Assembly: GCA_034780895.1 (NCBI GenBank)
Contig: JAUZTB010000071.1
Location: 14,088,276 to 14,152,275, forward strand
Origin: Rhynchobatus australiae
Lineage: Eukaryota
Length of the DNA: 64,000 nucleotides
Direction of reading: 5' to 3'
In this document: positions 54,167 to 64,000 of the stretch, one piece after another
How the letters are laid out: the number at the start of each line of letters is the position of its first letter
Position numbering within the stretch: the first letter of the stretch is position 1
Translations under genes and position numbers: made by a program
Notes under the pieces: model-generated
The model's input: only the letters and a program-made list of their open reading frames with translations
Told to the model about the DNA's origin: nothing
The model's database searches: none

Positions 54167-55332
54167 CTAGGGGAAAGACAAATCATTGTTGGTTGTAAAG
54201 AGGCACTGCAGTTTCATCAGTAAATCAGCAGCATGGGTCACAATAAACCTGCCCACTTTAACTGACTGATTGAGGCATGCCTCAAGTAAGAGTATCAATG
54301 TTAAGAAGTATAAGAGTACAGCCAAATATCAGTAAATAGCAATCTATCATCAATACAACACTTGCAAAAATAATACATGAAATGAGCTGTAAGTGCATTA
54401 TATATTAAACTTTAAGTCCACCCTTATTTAACAACTCCATTATTCAATGAATTCAATTTTTTCAAATGGATTTCAGATTGGCCTGGAATTTGCAGTGAAG
54501 GGAAATGGTGCTTCCCATTACCTGAATAAAAGCTGCTCACAGAGATCTAGAGACCTCTATGGCAAGAACTTCCCCTATTCTGATGCCTGCTGCTATCAAA
54601 GTGATCCCTGGCATCCAGCAGATGTGATACACCAACTCAGGCTGAGCAGCCAATCAAATTAAAGAAGTCTCACATAGTCAGTCAGGCCATAATGTTAATT
54701 AACTTCTCAAACATTATATAGAGAGCTAACTAAAAAGAGCAACAGACACCTTTTGATAAAAGTAAAAGCTGAAATATTATAAACAATTTAAAAAGAAAGT
54801 CTGATTTCAAAATCTCATTTTGAAATTTCCTTGTTGTATTAGATAATTTGCTATACAATAATTACAACTTAGTTGGAGTTCAATAATCACAGCTCTAGGA
54901 CATTATTGAAAATGTCCATCATGACATCAGAAGTGGGGACATTTGCTGATGACTTACCTGTGACTTAATTGCTACTCCTGTACCAATGCCCAAACCCACA
55001 CCTCTACCACCAAGAAGGACAAGGGCAGCAGTTTCATGGGAACATCATCACCAACAAGTTCCCCTCCAAGTCACACCATCCTGGTTTGGGACCTTTCTTT
55101 TATTTTCTTCGGGTCTAATCCTGCAATTCACTACCTTACCGCATTTGGGGGGAGCACCTTCACTAGAAGGATTACAGTGGTTTAAGATGTTGGCTCACCA
55201 ACTCCTTCTCAGGGACAATGATGGGCAATAAATGCGGGCCTGGTTAGTGATTTTTGCATACTTAAAAAATAAACAACACCATTAAGATCACAATTAGATC
55301 TCATAATTAAGTGTAAAACGTTTGGGATATTT

Positions 55333-55880
55333 TACATAGAAAGCATCCTATCTGGATGCATTATGGCTTGGTACGGCAACTGTTCTGCCCAGGACTGCAA
55401 GAAACTGCAAAGAGTTGTGGACACAGCCCAGCACCTCACGGAAACCAGCGTCCCCTCCTTGGGCTCTTTACCTCTCATTGCCTTGGCGAAGCAACCAGCA
55501 TAATCAAAGACCCCATCCACCTGGGTCATTCTCTCTTCTCTCCTCTCCCATCAGGTAGAAGACACGGGAGCCTGAAGGCACATACCACCAGGCTTAAGGA
55601 CAGTTTCTATCTCACTGTGATAAGACTATTGAACAGTTCCCTTATACAATAAGATGGACTCTGACTTCACGATCAACCTTGTTGTGACCTTGCATCTTAT
55701 GGTACTGCACTTTCTCTGTAGCTGTGACACTTTACTCTGTACTGTTATTGTTTTTACCTGTACTACCTCAATGCACTCTGTAACTCAATGTAACTGCACT
55801 GTGTAATGAATTGACCTGTATGATCGGTATGCAAGACAAGTTTTTCGCGGTACAAGTGACAATAATAAACCAATACCAAT
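55333..55880 (+). mobile_element. Rex1/Babar-like LINE 3' end
   Basis: IESILSGCIMAWYGNCSAQDCKKLQRVVDTAQH ... HSLFSPLPSGRR..TTRLKDSFY, with tail aataaaccaataccaata. Confidence 0.8.
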
Positions 55881-57019
55881 ATTGTGAGAACCTGAAATTC
55901 ACAATGTTTCAAGTAGTTTTGGCTTGATTGCACTGAGAAAACTTCAATTCACAGCCACTGAGGGTACACTGCATCCCTGAAAGTAATGTTGTGTGATTTC
56001 TACAATAAATTATTCTAATAAATACAGGTCTTTATTTTTTACATACTGGACTGTACACTTTCTAACTGAGCCATTGGGGAGACCTGAATGCACATCGATT
56101 AGCAAATTAAGCTCTCCACCCCTGTGATCATCACAGAGTTAATAAGCTATGAAAACTGAAGTGTACGCCTGGACTAAAACTGGTGTATAAACAATTTATG
56201 TATTCATAAATTCAGACCATAAAAGGGAATCTATTCAATGCAAAGGTCGCACAATAGGAAATCCCCTCCTAATAGCTCTCCATTCATAATGATTTTTTTC
56301 CACAAAGACATAACACGAGCCACAAATCAAAAAGAATTCATGTGCTTGATTTCATGGAGAATTTGTATTAATGATGTGTACAGAAGTTGTACAGAAGTAT
56401 AATTATAGAGCACAGTGGATTAGTCATCACCCAGCTTTACCATCCGTCCCTTTCAAATGTGAGTCTGGAAGATTTCCAAATGTGGGATTTGCTTCCCTTA
56501 TTTTACTTGGGAATGCAGGAAGGGTTAGCTTCACCATTCTTGACTTAGGAAAGGAAAAAGCTGTTAATATTTCTATTTTGGAGAACAACGGGAGAGGGAG
56601 GAAAGAGGTTCAAAAAATATCTTTGCAAATTAAAGTTTTAAGGAGCATTTCAGCAGGAAATACAAGTTCAAGTATTCCTTATTTGGCTGTTAGGTTTTTT
56701 TTGCCCATCTAATGGGGTGGTGATAACATGGGATCTTGATGCACAGAGTTGGATTTCCTGCTCCAATTGACTTCCCAATCATTCAGCATGTTGGCAGAGC
56801 AGGAGGGGAAAATTTTAATAACTTCTTGTCCTTAATGTGCAACTTCAATATGTTCATCAATTGTTGGGGAGGCTGAAGATCCTGGGGTAAGGTAAGTGCC
56901 CAGCACTGCAGTGGCCTGAGTTTATCTGTCAGGATCCAGAAGACCCTGGGAAAATTTTTGGTGGGAAGTTGCAAATGGTAGTACAGTACTCAGTGTCAAT
57001 GTAATGCCTTCATTAATTT

Positions 57020-57480
57020 AAACCCAGCCAAAACACTGCTGCCTGTGCCCTGACTTGCATTGTTCCTTTCACCTAAGAACCCAGTACTTGGTGACACACA
57101 CAGGCTCCTGATTAAGCAATAGCTCAGTTTTAGAAATTCTACATTCAGTTTCAATCCCTCCATGGTCTCATCCTTCTCCACTTCCATTACCTCCTCTGGT
57201 CCTCCAGCCCTTAGAGATAACTGTGGTCATCCATTTCTGGACCCTTGTGCATCCCTGATTTTAACTGCTCCACTGCTGGCTGTCAGGCCTTCAGTTGCTG
57301 AAGTCCAAAGCTCTGAAACTAACTTCTAACCTTTTCCATTATTCTTTTTCTTCCTTTAAGACATTCCTCATAACCCACCTTTTTGACCACACATCTACCC
57401 ACAGAGCTCTGTATAGTATCAAACTCCTGTGAAATACCTTGGACTGTTTTACTGTTTCAATGGCCAGATGTCAATGTTGT
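57020..57480 (+). mobile_element. Ancient L2-like LINE 3' end
   Basis: Degenerate L2-type 3' region and tail. Similar tracts occur at 19690-20030, 38600-39000 and, on the minus strand, 5135-5530. Confidence 0.45.
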
Positions 57481-58119
57481 TGTATCTCTCACTCTTCTCA
57501 ATTGGGCCACTGTACTGTAAAAAAATTATCCTCTTGTCTTCCTTATGTGGCCTGAACTCCTTGCACACCCCAGAGATTCCATGATTACACTTAATCTTTT
57601 CGGGTTTATTAAACTCGGGCATGATTCATATTCAGAGTCTGTGATTGCATGACCCAGTATAGCACAAAAAAAAGCTGATACATCTCCATTGTTGCAGTGT
57701 CAGAGCTATTCCACTGTAGAGAAAACCAGCATCTCTTGCAGAACCTGCTGCAGCAATACATCCAAACATGCACAGCATAATCCACTGAAAAATAATCAGA
57801 AGCATAACCCTGCCTTTTCCTTTCTCTTTCTAGCCTGTGTCAGAAGTGGTTGCAGAATCCAACTGGTCACCCAGCTAGACCAGCTGCTTCAAAATGGCCC
57901 AGCAAAGGAACAGGACTTATTCTTTTGGCTTGGGTCATCTCCGTTCTTCCCTTACAGAAGATGGTGTAAAATCCTCATGACCCAGCCAGACTCTTCACAC
58001 ACCATTGTGCTTCATTCAGTGTAGTAGTAGTATAACTGCATCAGCCAAGGAAGGAAACTCAACATAGGTACCTGGATCATGTTCTCGTTAGAGATCTCAT
58101 AACATTGGTTTGAAGGAGA

Positions 58120-58527
58120 ACATAGAACATAGAACATAGAACACTACAGCACAGTACAGGCTCTTCAGCCCACAATGTTGTGCCGACATTTTACCCTGCT
58201 CTAAGATCTATCTAACCCTTCCCTCTCACATAGCTCCCCATTTCTCTATCATTCATTTGCCTATCTAGAAGTCTCTAAATGTCCCTAATGTATCTGCCCC
58301 CACAACCTCTGCAGGCAGTGCGTTCCATGCACCCACCACTCTCTTGTGTAAAAAACTTAGCCCTGACATCCCCCTTATACCTTCTTCCAATCACCTTAAA
58401 ATTATGTCACCTCATGTTAGCCATTGTCGCCCTGGGAAAAAGTCTCTGATTGTCCACTTGATCTATGCCTCTTATCATCTTGTACACCTCTATCAAGTCA
58501 CCTCTCATCCTCCTCCTCTCCAAAGAG
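58120..58527 (-). mobile_element. Young CR1-like LINE 3' end
   Basis: SLERRRMRGDLIEVYKMIRGIDQVDNQRLFP, with terminal (agaacat)n repeats. Confidence 0.85.
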
Positions 58528-60914
58528 NNNNNNNNNNNNNNNNNNNNNNNNNNNNNNNNNNNNNNNNNNNNNNNNNNNNNNNNNNNNNNNNNNNNNNNNN
58601 NNNNNNNNNNNNNNNNNNNNNNNNNNNNNNNNNNNNNNNNNNNNNNNNNNNNNNNNNNNNNNNNNNNNNNNNNNNNNNNNNNNNNNNNNNNNNNNNNNNN
58701 NNNNNNNNNNNNNNNNNNNNNNNNNNNNNNNNNNNNNNNNNNNNNNNNNNNNNNNNNNNNNNNNNNNNNNNNNNNNNNNNNNNNNNNNNNNNNNNNNNNN
58801 NNNNNNNNNNNNNNNNNNNNNNNNNNNNNNNNNNNNNNNNNNNNNNNNNNNNNNNNNNNNNNNNNNNNNNNNNNNNNNNNNNNNNNNNNNNNNNNNNNNN
58901 NNNNNNNNNNNNNNNNNNNNNNNNNNNNNNNNNNNNNNNNNNNNNNNNNNNNNNNNNNNNNNNNNNNNNNNNNNNNNNNNNNNNNNNNNNNNNNNNNNNN
59001 NNNNNNNNNNNNNNNNNNNNNNNNNNNNNNNNNNNNNNNNNNNNNNNNNNNNNNNNNNNNNNNNNNNNNNNNNNNNNNNNNNNNNNNNNNNNNNNNNNNN
59101 NNNNNNNNNNNNNNNNNNNNNNNNAATACAGGTCTGCCTTTCCACCCAATAAACCCCAACACACTTCCTGGAATGAGGGTGTGGGAGAGTAGGCAAGAGC
59201 TAACTGGGGCTCTGCTGTGATGCCTCCTGAGCACAAATAGCTGCAGCCACACAGTGTCAAATGAACACATGGGACAAATGAACAACAGGATGTGCTGCCA
59301 GAGGGTGTCTTTATCCATGAGTAAATTGTCAACAAGAATAAGAACAAATTAAAGACAAAAAATGGTGTTATTTATTAAGCAAGGTTGAGGTAAATCCAAG
59401 CTAAGGGCTGCAGCTGAACTAACATCTGGTCAAAACCTTAGTAGCTGGGCTGTTTAGCACCATCTCCAATTTTACTGAGCATGCTCATTTAATTCTGAAA
59501 TCATGTGCCCTTATAGAGGAAATGTCTGGTGAAATACTACACCACAGAAATTCCAGCTGGAATTCTAGCCTTTCCAACCTCCATTTTATGAATGAAATGC
59601 TGCAGCCTCCATTCACAGAAAAACAAGCCCCCACTGGCTGTTCCCAGAGGTAAGGCAGTCACTGGAGGTAATGGAACAAAAATTCAGTGGAGTGGATAAG
59701 TGCTGCAAGCTTCCATTACCTGAAGGGTATCAGCAGCAGACAGATAAGCTGTCTGTTAACAAGTTTTTTTTAATTAAATTGGCCTTGCAACTTTGGCAGG
59801 GAACAATGGGACTTCCTTAAAAGTGGAGGAGTACAAAGAGAACCAGAGACAAAACCACAGTCTGTCAGCAAGAATAAATAAAACTTAGTTAAACCATAAA
59901 CTTGGAGGCTTTTATGTGAATTGACAAAATAATGGGTTTGAAAGCTACGACTGAGTACTCTGGACAAAATTCAAATCCTGTTGTTATCAAGAAAACTTAT
60001 GAAAAGATTCTGAAATGTTTTAGAAGTTGGATTGTGCAGCATTGCTTTTTTATTTGGTATTTGCCCAATTTCAACTTTGCCTGGAACAGGTTGAGCTGGC
60101 AGACATTTCTGAGTGAAACTGTGACAGATGCAAAATTAGACTGGGGACTTCTGTGTTCAATTTACATTAGCACACCTGATGTTCTCCCTGCATCAGATGG
60201 TTCACACTTAATGACAATATTATTTGCATAAGGTTCATATCTGTTCGTACCAATATGAATTGGAGAGGAAGCTGGAACATTTGATCACGTTGGAACAGTC
60301 TCAATAGAATTAGAAGTGTATTAAACAAGTTTGTTGCTTTTATCACTGTTTAAAGGGACACTCTGCTGACACTAGAAGATCTGATGGGAGCCTTCAGAAG
60401 AGACTACAGGCCATTTAAACACCTCCCAAGGTCCACAACAATAACAGAAAGTGCTTTCTACAGCAGTTCGCTGCTGAAATACTCATTCAACAGATGCCTC
60501 AGCAGAAGTCCATGGGACTTCTCCATTACTGGAGGCTTCTCTATGACCATGGTTGGCTTCTCAGCATAGGTTGGAGACCTCTGGGCAGATAGCAAAGATA
60601 TACCAAGATTCTGCTCCCAGATCCCACCTGAATCTCTCCAGCGATCAGTATATTCACAAGCTCAGGGTTTCTAAGGCTGCCATCTCTGAGATATTCTGCG
60701 GGAAGACCCTTGGCCACCCTCTGGTGCCTGGACTCCTCTCTGTGTGAAGGTTATGGTCGCTTCCTCACCACAGGATGTTTCCAGACAGTTGCAGCAGATC
60801 TCTGCCGGATCTCCCAATTTGCTGCTTATCACAGCATCACAGGTCACATAGGTACAGGATTTTTAAAGGAAAGTGAGTTTGACCTCCTTCTAATAATATA
60901 GATAACATCACAGA

Positions 60915-61235
60915 CAGATACAGCACAGACACAGGCCCTTTGGCCCTCCGAGTCCACACCAATCATCAACTACCCATTTAAGCTAATTCTACATGAACCC
61001 AATGTTTTATATTCTCCCCACATTCTTATCAACTCTCCCTGGATATGACCACCACTTACACACTCAGGGTAATTTACAACGGTCAACTAACTTAACAGCC
61101 TGCAAGTCTTTGGATTGTGGGAAGAAACTGGTACACCAGAAAGAAACCTAGGCAGTCACAGGAAGGAAGCACAAAATCCATACAAATACCACCCAAGGTC
61201 AGGATTGAACCTAGGTCACTGGGGCTGTGAGGCAG
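60915..61235 (-). mobile_element. V-SINE-like element
   Basis: gtctttggattgtgggaagaaactgg ... aggtcaggattgaacc. Same family as 24340-24640. Confidence 0.7.
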
Positions 61236-63659
61236 GGATCTAGTTCAGGTCTCTGTGTATAAACCATCCTGTTGCCATTTCAGACACTACTTCAGTCAAC
61301 GTTGTGATTTGATTTTGCTGCAAACCCGAATATACGTTAGTACTGAATGTAGAACACTAAAAAGGATACAATCCAATTTCTAGGCCATCCAATATAACAG
61401 TTTGCAGTTATTACAAACTGCAAATTCAGCAGAATTGGGCCATTCCTTCATAGATTACTGGAGGAAAAAAACTGAACGTTTATGTCAACCGAATCCTCCA
61501 ACGGAGTTCTTGCATAAACTCTTGGACCTCCTTAAATTACCCTGTGACAAAACCTACACAGTACTGAGCATATTAGACTGTACAAGGCACTACTTTAAAA
61601 GGGGGTCACAATGTAGCTACTAATGGTACTTTGTGTCACTTGAAATCAGATACACTTAGCTCACATACAGTATCACCACATAGCATTATCAGCAATGACT
61701 GAGTACTGGGAGAAATAACCAGCCCTATAAACCCACCATAGTGCAAGTATTTTGGTTGACTAAAGCACACTTTGCTTCTTGGCATCATATACAGGAAGAT
61801 GCTTGATAAAAGTACATGTGACCCATCTGTTTAAAAACACTGTTCCTTCAGCCTGACTCAATATCATCACTGGGATATATTGAAGCAGACGTAAGCCTCT
61901 GTTACACTTTGAGAGGCAAATCTAGAATTTGGAGTCTTCCTGCCATGTCTCTTGACCCAGTAATCATACCCTTTATCCCTGCTTCAGGAGGTCACAAGTT
62001 CATGCCAAATCTCAGCAGTCACAGGCTGAGGTCATTCTCTTGATACATGACCACTAATCTCATCCCAGGCTGCAGCAAGAAGGCTATCCAAGAAATCAGG
62101 CACCAGAACCAGAGAGTGGCCCTGGAACTCTAAAGAGGAATCAAGCCGCTGTAAAGTGAGTGAGCAGATAACCCAAAGAGAAAATTACACTTTTAAACTG
62201 GGTGGTCAAGGTTGCCATGAGCGCTGTGGAGTGGCTCTGCTGTATGTAATACAGGAAAGCAATATAAAAGCATGTTTTGATCATGGCCAAAGGAAGTGAG
62301 CAGGGAAGAGATTGGCAGAGGGAATGATTTCCTATAAACAGTTGTTTTTGATAGCGCTGTGACGTCAATAAAACTGTTTGAGATCACCTGCCACTGCTCC
62401 CAGTTGGGTCCAGCATTCATGCTTCAGTGTACCTGCCCAGGAGCTAAAATACAGCCTATTGCAGTAAACCCCATGCCACCCACCTCAATCATTTCTCTTC
62501 AACCAAGTTGCAACCTAACAAGCCTGCATGTCACCTTATGCAAACAACTCAAATTGGAAGTGCCTGGGAAGATGTGACATGTCTCTTCATGTTGCCTGGA
62601 ATAAAATCTTCCCTCTGTGCATAATTATTTTGCTGATTTGTATTTTTAGATTGCCTCTAAGATTTCAGATTTACTTTCCTTTGTATTAATTCTGCTCCTT
62701 GCCATTGCCTGTTCCTGTTTCCCACATCCTGAATCTCACAGAAAAGACACAAATTGCAAAAATACCTGCAGGAAGCAACAGGCTCAACTTCAACATTGAT
62801 GCTTATTGACCTTACTTGGTAAGGTAGTTTATATGCAGGCTATTGAGCCATACTTTACAGTTGCATTTGCATTTTACAAAGTAGGCAATAATTTAAACAA
62901 CATGAACCAACCTGTTGCCTCAATCCATTATGGCACAGAGGGTGGTGCACAACATTCTGCAAAGTTTTAGTGGTAGCATTGACTCATTTATCATGTTTAT
63001 ATCTCTCATGTGGTTGAAGTCTCAACAGCCCTGTTTTCTTTTTCATTTATTCATTATTTAAGACCTGGGTATTCCCAGCATTTATTCCCCATCCCTAATT
63101 ACCCCTTGAGAAGGTGGTGACAACAATTATTTCAGAGGGCATTTTTTTTTAAGGAGTCAACCACATGAGGTGGGTTTGGAGCCAACTAATATTCCTGAAG
63201 GATATTAGTGAACCAGAAGGGATTTTTACAACAATCCATTACGGTTTTGTAATCATCATTTCTAAGATTGATTGGATTTTCTCTACCAAATTATAAATGA
63301 ATTTAAATTCCACAGTTGCAATGGTGGGATTAGAACTCAAATCTCTGGGTTGTTAGCCCAGGCCTCTGGATTATCAGTACATTCATTTAACCACTGTATC
63401 CTACTGTGAGAAGCCAGAATTTGGTGCATATTCTCTCTACTACAATTTGTTGTGGTGGGGCTTACAAGGAAAAGTTGGAACTAGTGCTATTAATCTCCAT
63501 GAAAGAAGTTGGAAAATGATCTACTCACTTTGATGTGATCACTTTGTCAAATCCTGTGCCATAATTCTAATTAATGAAAATTAAAAATATTCTGTCACTC
63601 TCAACTTACAGTTAACTGCTATAATTCAAGTTGAAAACAGGCTGCCTTTTTGAGCTTTA

Positions 63660-63880
63660 TTTATACTTCTGGCCCAACGAGTCCGCACTGCCCAATTACA
63701 CCCATATTAACCTACCAACCTGTACATCTTTTGCAATGTAGGAGGAAACCAGAGCACATGGAGGAAACTCACACAGGACACAGGGAGAACTTACAAACTC
63801 CTTACAGACAGCGGCAGGAATTGAACCCTGATTGCTGGCACTGTACTAGCAATGGGCTAACCACTACATTACTGTGCCGC
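63660..63880 (-). mobile_element. V-SINE-like element
   Basis: ggaggaaaccagagcac ... gggagaacttacaaactccttacagacag..ggaattgaaccc ... gctaaccactac. Confidence 0.75.
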
Positions 63881-64000
63881 TTACAGTCGCTCCAAATTGC
63901 TGTTTTACTGTTTACATTAAATGATAAAAAAAATGTTTAATGAATGAGGTACTCAAATGTTCTGGCATCTGAAATAATGATCCTATGTTTGAGTAGTGCA

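Noticed and set aside
35116-59347. Long ORFs in the ORF track (e.g. 39118-39945, 58344-59347, 35116-35578)
   Set aside because: They are artefacts of N runs. The real portions are CR1 fragments or noncoding sequence.
1-64000. CRISPR arrays, operons or other prokaryotic systems
   Set aside because: The sequence is a spliced vertebrate locus, with no regularly spaced repeat-spacer array or dense ORFs.

Overview
This is vertebrate genomic DNA, not prokaryotic. It is AT-rich, CpG-depleted and repeat-dense, with assembly gaps; the repeat families suggest a cartilaginous fish, probably a ray (inference). The only supportable protein-coding gene is the 3' half of a PEA3-subfamily ETS transcription factor, most likely ETV4, on the minus strand. 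Five phase-compatible GT-AG exons (54098-54166, 46905-46973, 40291-40460, 17835-17936, 15485-15706) encode the ETS domain and C-terminus; the upstream exons were not found. The rest is intron or intergenic sequence filled with CR1, L2 and Rex1-like LINE fragments, V-SINE and DeuSINE-like elements and one Tigger-like MITE. Three things stand out. (1) An unexplained CpG-rich double promoter-like region (~21.4-23.5 kb) lies inside the 22-kb intron that splits the ETS domain, with a housekeeping-type module and an NF-kB/GAS/IRF-type module. (2) A dispersed fold-back repeat family carries minimal hammerhead-ribozyme cores of the Penelope-associated type. (3) A MITE contains a non-LTR reverse-transcriptase fragment. 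Repeat boundaries are approximate, and family names were assigned by eye with no database search.
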